From: Arcobacteraceae bacterium
GTDB lineage: Bacteria > Campylobacterota > Campylobacteria > Campylobacterales > Arcobacteraceae
NCBI GenBank assembly: GCA_965224485.1
Contig: CBDCZH010000015.1
Span: forward strand, 96,001 to 160,000
Length of the DNA stretch: 64,000 bases
Direction of reading: 5' to 3'
The notes under the pieces are model-generated. The model ran no database searches and was not told the DNA's origin. It worked only from the letters and a program-made list of their open reading frames with translations. Made by a program: the position numbers and the translations under genes. This document shows, in pieces, positions 9,031-17,578 of the stretch. Each line of letters starts with the position of its first letter. The stretch's first letter is position 1.

Positions 9031-11244
9031 TTAATCTTCTTCTTTAAATATAAACTTAAACTCATTTTTAACAAAGTCAATTTTAACCAAACCACCATTT
9101 TTTAGTTTTCCAAATAATATTTCATCTGTTAAAGGCATTTTGATTTTTTGCACTATTACTCTGCTTAATGGTCTAGCTCCCATTGTTTTGTCATAACCTA
9201 ATCTAGCAATTTCATTTCTAGCTCGTAAACTAATAGCCATAGTAATTTTTTTATCACTTATTTGCTCACATAAATCACTTATAAATTTTGAAACAACTTT
9301 AGAAACAACACCTAAAGATAAAGAAGCAAAAGCAACAGTAGCATCTAATCTATTTCTAAACTCAGGGGCAAAAAACTTTTTAACTGCCTTATCTTCATTT
9401 AAAGACTCATCTTTATTAAAGCCCATGATACTTGCTTCATTTGAACCTAGGTTTGAAGTCATAATTAAAACTACATTTTGGAAATCTGCTTTATTTCCAT
9501 TATTATCAGTTAACTGTGCATTATCCATAACTTGAAGCAAAATTGACATTAAATCAGGATGTGCTTTTTCTATTTCATCTAATAAAAGTACACAATGAGG
9601 GTGTTTTCTAATAGCTTCTGTTAATAAACCACCATTTTCAAACCCAACATAACCAGCAGGTGCTCCAATTAATCTAGAAATAGTATGAGCTTCCATATAC
9701 TCACTCATATCAAATCTTTCAAAATGAATACCTAGTTGTGAGCTTAACTCTTTAGCAACTTCTGTTTTACCAACTCCTGTTGGTCCTGTAAATAGAAAGC
9801 TTCCTATTGGTTTTTTCTCACCTGATAAGCCTGCTCTATTTAACTTAATTGCTTTTACTACAGTATTTATAGCTTCATCTTGTCCAAAAACTCTTTTTTG
9901 CATATTTTTTTCTAAAGATTTCAACAGTGTTAAATCAGATTTTGTAGCTGATTTAGGTGGAACATTTGCCATTAAAGCAACCGTAGTTTCAATATCTTTT
10001 TGAACAATATTTATAACTTTTTTATTTGTTCCATCAAAATTAGCTTCTATTTTTTTCTTAGCAGCAACTTCATCTATAACATCAATAGCACTATCTGGTA
10101 AAAACCTATCATTAATGAATTTTTTGCTAAGTTCAACTGCTACTTTTATTGCATTATCATTGAATTTAACATTATGATACTCTTCATATTTTGACTTTAA
10201 ACCAGTTAAGATTTTAATACAATCTTTTATATCAGGCTCATTAATATCAACCTTAGCAAATCTTCTACTTAATGCTTTATCTTTTGAGAAGTCATTTCTA
10301 TACTCAGTAAAAGTAGTAGCTCCTATACATCTTAGTTTTCCATTTGCTAAAAGAGGTTTTAATATATTTGAAGCATCCATAGCAGAACCTCCAACACTTC
10401 CAGCTCCTACAATTGTATGAATTTCATCAATAAATAAAATTGCATCAGGAATATTACTAATCTCACTTAATAAAGATTTTAATTTTTTCTCAAAATCACC
10501 TCTATATTTAGTCCCAGCTAATAAAGAACCCATATCTAAAGAATATACTTTTGCATTTTTAAGAACTTGGGGTACTGTATTATTTGCAATTTCTAAGGCT
10601 AAACCTTCTGCTATTGCTGTTTTACCAACTCCAGGTTCTCCTACAAGAATAGGATTATTCTTTTTTCTTCTACTTAAGATTTGAATAACTCTTTTAATCT
10701 CTTCTTCTCTTGCAATAACAGGATCTATTTCACCATTTTTAGCAAGAGCTACTAATTCACTTGAGTTTTTTTCTAAAATATCACTCTGTTGTATTTCATC
10801 ATCATTCTCATCTATTAGTGGTTCTTTATGTGAAATTTCTTCTAAGATATCAATTCTTTCAACACCTTTTAATTTAAGCAAATATGTTGCAAATGATTTT
10901 TCTTCTTTTAGAATAGCAACAAACATATCATCAACAGTAGCAAGACCTTTTCCAGAACCTTGAATATGAGCTACCATATGTTCAATAACAGAAGTTAAAA
11001 CAACAGTTTCAATTGGTTCATCTTCAATATTTTCAGGTAAAACAGGTGTGCTTTCATCTATATGCTTTTTAGTGTCATCAAAAATTTTATTAGTATCTAA
11101 ACCAAAATCATCAAACATTGAAGATATAAACTCATCATTTATAAGCATTAAAAAGATATGCTCAATTGTTAAATATTCATGTCTACTAGCTTTAGCATAT
11201 GATACGGCTTGGGCAAAAACTTCTCTTAACTCTTTACTTATCAT
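9031..11244 (-). CDS. clpA: ATP-dependent Clp protease ATP-binding subunit ClpA
   Basis: Two AAA modules (GEPGVGKT, GPTGVGKT), FDMSEY, GYVG, no middle coiled-coil domain; directly downstream of clpS. Confidence 0.96.
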   Translation of the reverse strand: MISKELREVFAQAVSYAKASRHEYLTIEHIFLMLINDEFISSMFDDFGLDTNKIFDDTKKHIDESTPVLPENIEDEPIETVVLTSVIEHMVAHIQGSGKGLATVDDMFVAILKEEKSFATYLLKLKGVERIDILEEISHKEPLIDENDDEIQQSDILEKNSSELVALAKNGEIDPVIAREEEIKRVIQILSRRKKNNPILVGEPGVGKTAIAEGLALEIANNTVPQVLKNAKVYSLDMGSLLAGTKYRGDFEKKLKSLLSEISNIPDAILFIDEIHTIVGAGSVGGSAMDASNILKPLLANGKLRCIGATTFTEYRNDFSKDKALSRRFAKVDINEPDIKDCIKILTGLKSKYEEYHNVKFNDNAIKVAVELSKKFINDRFLPDSAIDVIDEVAAKKKIEANFDGTNKKVINIVQKDIETTVALMANVPPKSATKSDLTLLKSLEKNMQKRVFGQDEAINTVVKAIKLNRAGLSGEKKPIGSFLFTGPTGVGKTEVAKELSSQLGIHFERFDMSEYMEAHTISRLIGAPAGYVGFENGGLLTEAIRKHPHCVLLLDEIEKAHPDLMSILLQVMDNAQLTDNNGNKADFQNVVLIMTSNLGSNEASIMGFNKDESLNEDKAVKKFFAPEFRNRLDATVAFASLSLGVVSKVVSKFISDLCEQISDKKITMAISLRARNEIARLGYDKTMGARPLSRVIVQKIKMPLTDEILFGKLKNGGLVKIDFVKNEFKFIFKEED

Positions 11245-11245
11245 T

Positions 11246-11545
11246 TTATTCTTCTTCCATTAAAGCTTTTAAAGGAAAGCCCTGTGTTCTAGCCATTGTT
11301 TTCACCTGTGCAACTTTTGTGCTTGCTATTTCATGAGTAAAAACACCACAACTTTCTCTTCCTTCTTTATGTATGTTTAACATAATTGCAGAAGCTTCAT
11401 TATTTGATTTTCTAAATACTTTTATTAAAACATCTATTACAAAATCCATAGTAGAATAATCATCATTTAATAAAAAAACTTTATATTTTTTAGGCTCACT
11501 AACTTCTATCTCATCAGCTAATTCTATTTCAAACTCATTTGCCAC
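11246..11545 (-). CDS. clpS: Clp protease adaptor ClpS
   Basis: YKVFLLNDDYSTMDFV, MLNIHKEG, GFPL. Confidence 0.97.
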   Translation of the reverse strand: MANEFEIELADEIEVSEPKKYKVFLLNDDYSTMDFVIDVLIKVFRKSNNEASAIMLNIHKEGRESCGVFTHEIASTKVAQVKTMARTQGFPLKALMEEE

Positions 11546-11575
11546 ATTAAAACCTTATTATTTATATATTTAACT

Positions 11576-11584
11576 ATTATACCA
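11576..11584 (-). promoter_or_regulatory. Extended -10 sigma70 promoter for clpS-clpA
   Basis: TGGTATAAT on the minus strand ~30 nt upstream of the clpS start. Confidence 0.6.
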
Positions 11585-11685
11585 AAAAACAAATAATATA
11601 TTTAAAATATATTAAGTAATAATTTTAAATTAGATAATATAAGAAAACTTTTTTTATTTAGAAAAAAAAAGATAAAAGAGAGAAA

Positions 11686-12324
11686 ATGAATAAAAAACAA
11701 ATTTTTATCACAGCTACTAATACAGATATAGGAAAAACCTATGCAGCAGCTAAATTCTTACGATTTTATGCAAGAAAAAGACTAAGGGTTGGATATTTTA
11801 AACCCTTCGAAACAGGTGTTAAAGATTTTCCTTATGATGGTTCTAAGATGCTTAAACTAACCCAAGAACTAAATAAAGAGTTTTTGAATATAAATATTAA
11901 TGATATAGTGCCTTATCAATTTAAACTAGCTGCTGCTCCATATATTGCTAATAAAGCCCAAGATAATATAAGTATAAATTTAAACTTTTTAAAAAAGAAA
12001 AGAGATTATTTACTTAAGTTTTGTGATGTTTTAATTATTGAAGGGGCTGGAGGATTAATGGTTCCAATTTCTAATAATTATTTTATAATTGATTTAATTA
12101 AAGAGTTTAGCTCTAATATAAATTCTAAAACAATACTAATAACGCCTAGTAAACTAGGTTGTATTAATGACACTTTATTATCACTTAAAGTTCTTGAAGA
12201 TGAAAATATTTCTCATGATTGGTATATAAATTTATTTCAAGATAAAGATAGCTTTGATGAAGTTACTTACCCTTTTTATAAAGAATATTTTAAAGAAGTA
12301 AAATTTTTAGATGAATTAGACTAA
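11686..12324 (+). CDS. bioD: Dethiobiotin synthase
   Basis: FITATNTDIGKT, FKPFETG, IIEGAGG, LGCINDTLL. Confidence 0.95.
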   Translation: MNKKQIFITATNTDIGKTYAAAKFLRFYARKRLRVGYFKPFETGVKDFPYDGSKMLKLTQELNKEFLNININDIVPYQFKLAAAPYIANKAQDNISINLNFLKKKRDYLLKFCDVLIIEGAGGLMVPISNNYFIIDLIKEFSSNINSKTILITPSKLGCINDTLLSLKVLEDENISHDWYINLFQDKDSFDEVTYPFYKEYFKEVKFLDELD

Positions 12325-12343
12325 GAAATATATTATTAGACTT

Positions 12344-12562
12344 TCATATTTTAAATTCTTCTTCTATTTGTTTTGCTAAACTAAGACCTTTAAATGAAAG
12401 CTCATTATTTATTATAAAAGAGTCTTTTTTTAGCTCTTTTATATACTGTTTCCCTTGTTTTAAAGAAAACATTTCTTCTAAAGATAACAAAACCTCATTT
12501 AAACTATCACTATTAGCTTTTTTTAAAATTGCTAAGAGTAAAACTCTTTTTTCTATATCCAA
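12344..12562 (-). CDS. Small protein, possibly winged-helix
   Basis: TTG start at 12562 after an AAGGA RBS; three helices then ...IKELKKDSFI..ELSFKG. Confidence 0.65.
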   Translation of the reverse strand: MDIEKRVLLLAILKKANSDSLNEVLLSLEEMFSLKQGKQYIKELKKDSFIINNELSFKGLSLAKQIEEEFKI

Positions 12563-13734
12563 TGTTTTATCCTTGTATAATATATGGCAACTGCAAAAAA
12601 AGCACAACCAATCATAATTGTAATATTTTGTAAAGAAGTAAAAGAAGCCATAAAACCTATAAAAAGTGTTGTTACTACATTACTTAACATAAAAACCATA
12701 TCATTATAAGAAATAACTCTTCCTAAATATTTAGACTCAACCTTATCTTGTAAAAGGGCATAAGTATAAGACCAAATTGTAGTTGTAACAAAACCTGTTA
12801 AAAATACTGCAATTAAAGCAAGGTAAAAATTATGCTGCAAAAATCCCCATAAAATTATTGCACAACCTTGAAAAATAAAAATATATGTTAGGCTATTTTT
12901 ATTTACCTTATTAGTTATAAAAAAGGGGCCTAACATAAGTGCAAAAGCTCTGAGAGCATTTGTAATTCCTATTGATAAAGGAACAGCAATAATAAACTTA
13001 TATTCATTTTTAGCCAATAATGTAACTAAAGTATCAAAAGCAGTTAATCCTACACTTGCATGTAATAACATTAAATGAATAATGATTTTATTATTTTTAA
13101 TATAATAAAATCCATCTTTAATCATAGTTAGAATTTTTTCATTTGTATGAATTACATCAATTTTAAAATCAATAAAAGTAAAATATACTATTGCTGTAAA
13201 TAAAACTGCACTATCCATAATTATTGCAGTTTTAACTCCATAAGCATTTACTATTATTCCACTAAGTGCCATTCCAATTGCATAAGTAAAAGACCAAATA
13301 ATAGAATGTATTTCATTTGCTTTTTGTAAAGCTTTTCCTGAAATAAGTTTAGGTAAAAGTGACATTTCTGTTGAAAAGAATATTGAAGCACAAGCCATTC
13401 TTATAAAAATGAAAATCATTAATAACCATATTTGGGAAGCATCATTAATTAGTAAAAACAGTAAGGTCATTATTAACTCTAAACATAAAAGAGTCATCAT
13501 TAAATTTTTTATCTTAAACTTATCAATAATAGCACCAGATAAAGGTGCAACTACTACAGCTGGAATAAGATGCATAGCAGTTACTAAAGAGATTACTAAA
13601 GCAGAAGAGTTAAATTCAACCAACATAGTATAAATTGCAACAGAAGAAAACCAAGCTCCAAAATATGCAATACATTGCAGAATTGAAAGTTTTCTTATTA
13701 AAGGATAGTTTCTTAGAAGTTTAGAGTACTTCAA
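12553..13734 (-). CDS. MFS transporter
   Basis: About 12 TM segments, motif-A-like GAIIDKFKIK, YLGRV; likely TTG start at 13734. Confidence 0.9.
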   Translation of the reverse strand: MKYSKLLRNYPLIRKLSILQCIAYFGAWFSSVAIYTMLVEFNSSALVISLVTAMHLIPAVVVAPLSGAIIDKFKIKNLMMTLLCLELIMTLLFLLINDASQIWLLMIFIFIRMACASIFFSTEMSLLPKLISGKALQKANEIHSIIWSFTYAIGMALSGIIVNAYGVKTAIIMDSAVLFTAIVYFTFIDFKIDVIHTNEKILTMIKDGFYYIKNNKIIIHLMLLHASVGLTAFDTLVTLLAKNEYKFIIAVPLSIGITNALRAFALMLGPFFITNKVNKNSLTYIFIFQGCAIILWGFLQHNFYLALIAVFLTGFVTTTIWSYTYALLQDKVESKYLGRVISYNDMVFMLSNVVTTLFIGFMASFTSLQNITIMIGCAFFAVAIYYTRIKHWI

Positions 13735-15424
13735 TGCAAACCAATATATCTTGAAAAATAGCAGAACAAGAAACTTCATCACTAGTTGGTGGTGTTAAAT
13801 AATTAGCATTTTTGGCACCTGCATAAACTAACACACAGTTATCTTTTACATTATCATCATGTTTAATAATAAATTTAGCTTCACCAAAAGAAGATTTCAG
13901 AAGTATTTCAGCACCTTGTTTAAAATTATTACTAGAATTAATATATAAATGATTATCAACTTTAAACTGTGAATTTAGAGTATTTCTTTGTTTTGCAGTA
14001 ATAAAATAGAAATTATTATCATTTTTTTGCTCATATAAATTCTCAATCTCAAGCTCTTCTATAAATTCAAAATTTTTAATTCCTTCTTTTTCTACAATAG
14101 TTTCACTATAGTATTTAATAATTTCATCTTCTTGTAATAAAGCTTCATAAGAAAATTCTTTATTTAAAAAACTTGTTAATTCATACTCACTTAGAGTATT
14201 AAAATTCTTAGGCTCAACTTCTTGTGATATTGCTTTTAAATCATGACCGTAAGATAAACGAAGATCTTTTTTGCTTAAAAAATTACTTGAAGGAATAACC
14301 AAATTAGCATACTTACAAGTATCATTATACGTTGTTCCGAAATAAACAACAAATGTTTTTTCTAGGCCTTGGATTAACCTTTTTGTATTAGGAGCACTAA
14401 TAACAGGATTAGCAGCTTGAATAAAAACAAGCTTATAAGCTGAAAAATCAACAGATATAAGGTCAACTTCTTTTTTAGGTTTACATATAAGCTTTTTTTC
14501 ATATCCATATGAAGAATCACCTAAATACCAAAGACCTCCAGCTTTCTTATTATGAGCTCCTATATAAGCTGCAAAAGAGTCAATTGTTCTCATGATTTGT
14601 GCGCCTTCATAATACTTTTGAACTCCAAGACCTACTAAAAAGGCAATACTCTTACCCTTCATTAATTCAATAGCTTTCATAACTTTTTGTAAAGAAACAC
14701 CTGTTGTTTTTTCATAAGAAAGCAAAGGTTTACTTTTAGCTAAATCAAAAAACCAATCTGCCCCACTTGAATAAGAAGAAAAGCTTTCTTCATCTTCCAT
14801 ATCATCCATATAAGCTAATCTGGTCATAAGTAAAGCTAAGTCATGGTCTGTTTTTGGATTTATTTGTAAAAAAACATCAGATTTTTTAGCAATTTTTGTT
14901 TCAATGGGATCAATTGTTATAAAAATTTTATCTTTTATTAAATCATACATATGAGCAGATGTAAGGCTTAAGTTTCTTCCCCAAACTACAATAACATCTG
15001 AGTTTAAAAGATTTTCATCACTTGGATTTACACAAGAACCTCGACCCTGGATGATTCCTTCTTGACCAGCCCCCTCACATAAACTTCCTTTTGTAAAAGT
15101 TGCTCCAAACTTACTAAAAAAAACCTTAGGGGCACTTTGCATTATTCCTAAGTTTCCACTTCCTTTGTAATATAAAACATCTAAAGGATTTGCCTCTTTT
15201 AGTTTTTTACTCAAAATACCTAAGGATTCATCTAAAGTGATTTCGCAACCTTCATATAAAGAGACTTCTAATCTATTCTCATTTAATAAATGAGCAAAAT
15301 TAGCACATAACTTAGAATTAGTAAATTTATGCTCACTTGAGCCTTTTATCTTACCATCTCTTATTTCTGCTTGACAAGTATCATAACAGTCTAAAGGACA
15401 GGCTATTTTATTATTTGAATTCAA
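13721..15424 (-). CDS. Molybdopterin-dependent oxidoreductase (DMSO reductase superfamily, cytoplasmic)
   Basis: N-terminal CPLDCYDTC...C [4Fe-4S] motif, WGRN, IDP, INPKTD.DLAL, ANP, C-terminal LNSQF dinucleotide-binding domain; no Tat signal; likely TTG start at 15424. Confidence 0.85.
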   Translation of the reverse strand: MNSNNKIACPLDCYDTCQAEIRDGKIKGSSEHKFTNSKLCANFAHLLNENRLEVSLYEGCEITLDESLGILSKKLKEANPLDVLYYKGSGNLGIMQSAPKVFFSKFGATFTKGSLCEGAGQEGIIQGRGSCVNPSDENLLNSDVIVVWGRNLSLTSAHMYDLIKDKIFITIDPIETKIAKKSDVFLQINPKTDHDLALLMTRLAYMDDMEDEESFSSYSSGADWFFDLAKSKPLLSYEKTTGVSLQKVMKAIELMKGKSIAFLVGLGVQKYYEGAQIMRTIDSFAAYIGAHNKKAGGLWYLGDSSYGYEKKLICKPKKEVDLISVDFSAYKLVFIQAANPVISAPNTKRLIQGLEKTFVVYFGTTYNDTCKYANLVIPSSNFLSKKDLRLSYGHDLKAISQEVEPKNFNTLSEYELTSFLNKEFSYEALLQEDEIIKYYSETIVEKEGIKNFEFIEELEIENLYEQKNDNNFYFITAKQRNTLNSQFKVDNHLYINSSNNFKQGAEILLKSSFGEAKFIIKHDDNVKDNCVLVYAGAKNANYLTPPTSDEVSCSAIFQDILVCIEVL

Positions 15425-16118
15425 TTTTAACCAAGGTAGAGAAATTTTTAACCGTAGGAATAATAAATTCAACCTTGTATGATGATATATGTTTAGAATC
15501 AGCTACTTTATATATTTTGTTAATTTTAATATCACTCTCTTTATCATTTAGAAAAACTTTTTTATCTTTTATAATGTTTACATCAGAAATAGGAATAAAA
15601 ATTTCAACTTTTGCACTAGATAAGTCTTTTGCTTCATAAAGTACGGTTCCTGGGTTTACATAATCACCTTTTTTTACTGCTATATTGTAAATATAAACAT
15701 CTTTTTCAAGTAGTTTTTTATTTTTAATAGTATCTTTTAAGTTTGCAATTTTTACTAATAAATCTGTTCTTTGTGATTGTAAATTGAGAACTTTTATTTT
15801 TTGATTATCTTTTTCATAAACAGAACGAGAAGATATTTTACTTAATCTTTTATAGTTATTTTCTTCAATTTTTATCATTTGATCATATGAATTTAGTTTT
15901 TCTTGTGAATATTTTAATTCTAAAATATTTACAGAAGAATCTATTTTTATTATAATTGAATTATTCGCTTTAAAACCCTCTATTCCCTCATTTGAGAAAA
16001 CAACTTTTCCACTAACTGATGATTTTACAATATACGTATTAATAGGTTCTAGTTTTGCATAATACTGCATTGAAAAGAGGCTACTTATTAACAAAACACT
16101 TAGAATCATATATCTCAT
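15411..16118 (-). CDS. HlyD/membrane-fusion-like periplasmic adaptor protein
   Basis: Signal peptide, KSSVSGKV and VKKGDYVNPG lipoyl-like halves flanking a coiled hairpin. Confidence 0.75.
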   Translation of the reverse strand: MRYMILSVLLISSLFSMQYYAKLEPINTYIVKSSVSGKVVFSNEGIEGFKANNSIIIKIDSSVNILELKYSQEKLNSYDQMIKIEENNYKRLSKISSRSVYEKDNQKIKVLNLQSQRTDLLVKIANLKDTIKNKKLLEKDVYIYNIAVKKGDYVNPGTVLYEAKDLSSAKVEIFIPISDVNIIKDKKVFLNDKESDIKINKIYKVADSKHISSYKVEFIIPTVKNFSTLVKIEFK

Positions 16119-17578
16119 TTAAATTCCTTTAAAATTTCTATTATTTCTTTTTTTAAACTTGATAAATTTTTATTATCAGTTTTTTCTATATCAAAAATCA
16201 AAGAGTCTAATTTTTCATTTTTACTTAAATATGGGAATAAACACTTAAGCAAATCTTTTTTACAAGAAGCTTTTTTAATTTTGATAATAATTGGGAGATC
16301 TTGCTTTTTATTAGATTTATTTATAACATAAAAGTATAAACCAATAGTTAATAATGTAAAAATAATTCCCATAATAAAATATAAGCTTTTTGTAAATAAA
16401 GAGCTTTTAATAAAAATCTCTTTATTTTGAAGGTCATTTTTTACAGCAGTACTTATATTAATGCTTTTTTCAAGTTTTATCTCTTTTTGCACTTTTGCTT
16501 TTACTTTGATTTTAAAACTCTTGGTTTCTTTAATAAGTATTTTTTGAAGTTTCTCATCAAAATACCTAAGTTTAATAGAAGGAATAATAAAATCTCTCTT
16601 AGCTAGTATAGAAAATGTTTTTTCATACTTTGCAAAATATAAATCATTTATAATTTTAGAGCTTATTTTGGCTTTATTTTCATAAATTGTTGTATCTTTA
16701 ATATCTAATTTAATATCTTCCAAATCATCAATATTTCCAAAACCTTCAATGTTTAATTTAAAAGATACAGCTTCACCTTCTTTTATTTCATTTTTATCAA
16801 TACTCGAAGTAATTGAAAAATCACCAATTAAAACTGCATTACCTTTTAGTTTTTTAACTTCTACTTCTAAAGAATTAGAATAAATATTTACTATCTTTGC
16901 CTCTCTTCTAAAAGAGAAAAACTCATTTGAATTTGCATCTAATAAAGATAAATCAACGCGCAAAGGTTCAATCTTTAAGATTCCTTCTTTTTGGGGAAAT
17001 AGAATATATTTTAAATCTTGTACTATATATCCATCTTTTTTATAAGCTTTTTTTGCATCCATTGTTTTGAACCAAAAATTTTTAAAATCGACATTTGATA
17101 AAGAGCTATTTATAATTTGTAAACCCTCTTTATATTTAAAACTCATTGTTAAAACACTTTGCTCACCTACAAATAATGTTTTTTCCTCAAGAGAAATATT
17201 TAGATCAAAATAATCAGATTTTGTTTTTGTAAGTTTTTGTTTCTTAATATGTAAAACTTTTGTTTTTTCATAAACACCATCAATTAAAATAGAAAAAGAC
17301 GGAATGATAAAATCTTTTTGGGGACGTATAAAATATCTTTTTGTGATTTTTGTGCTTATTCTTCCATTTATATTTGAAATAGACTTGCTCTGTCCAGCTT
17401 TTTGCACACTTAATTCCTGGATTTTAGTAATTTTAGGAAAACTTACATCTTTTCCAAAAGCTTCTATTTCAAAATACATATTTTCATTTGGCATAAAAGT
17501 TTTAGCTGCTTTGATATTTACACTAGAAAATAAAAAACTAGTTAATAAGATAAGGATTATAATTTTTTTAATCATCAT
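16115..17578 (-). CDS. BatD family protein
   Basis: Signal peptide, SISNING, LFVGEQ, LFPQKEG, IGDF, GFGN, LRYFD motifs, C-terminal TM. Confidence 0.8.
   Translation of the reverse strand: MMIKKIIILILLTSFLFSSVNIKAAKTFMPNENMYFEIEAFGKDVSFPKITKIQELSVQKAGQSKSISNINGRISTKITKRYFIRPQKDFIIPSFSILIDGVYEKTKVLHIKKQKLTKTKSDYFDLNISLEEKTLFVGEQSVLTMSFKYKEGLQIINSSLSNVDFKNFWFKTMDAKKAYKKDGYIVQDLKYILFPQKEGILKIEPLRVDLSLLDANSNEFFSFRREAKIVNIYSNSLEVEVKKLKGNAVLIGDFSITSSIDKNEIKEGEAVSFKLNIEGFGNIDDLEDIKLDIKDTTIYENKAKISSKIINDLYFAKYEKTFSILAKRDFIIPSIKLRYFDEKLQKILIKETKSFKIKVKAKVQKEIKLEKSINISTAVKNDLQNKEIFIKSSLFTKSLYFIMGIIFTLLTIGLYFYVINKSNKKQDLPIIIKIKKASCKKDLLKCLFPYLSKNEKLDSLIFDIEKTDNKNLSSLKKEIIEILKEFK

Noticed and set aside
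13721..15424. Selenocysteine recoding in the molybdopterin enzyme
   Set aside because: The ORF has no in-frame TGA.
12563..15472. N-terminal extensions in the ORF track for 12344-12607, 12553-13782 and 13721-15472 (likewise waaA to 56201, GT9 to 60445, flaG to 35385)
   Set aside because: Downstream TTG/ATG starts give a better RBS or typical short overlaps, so the longer starts are probably artefacts.
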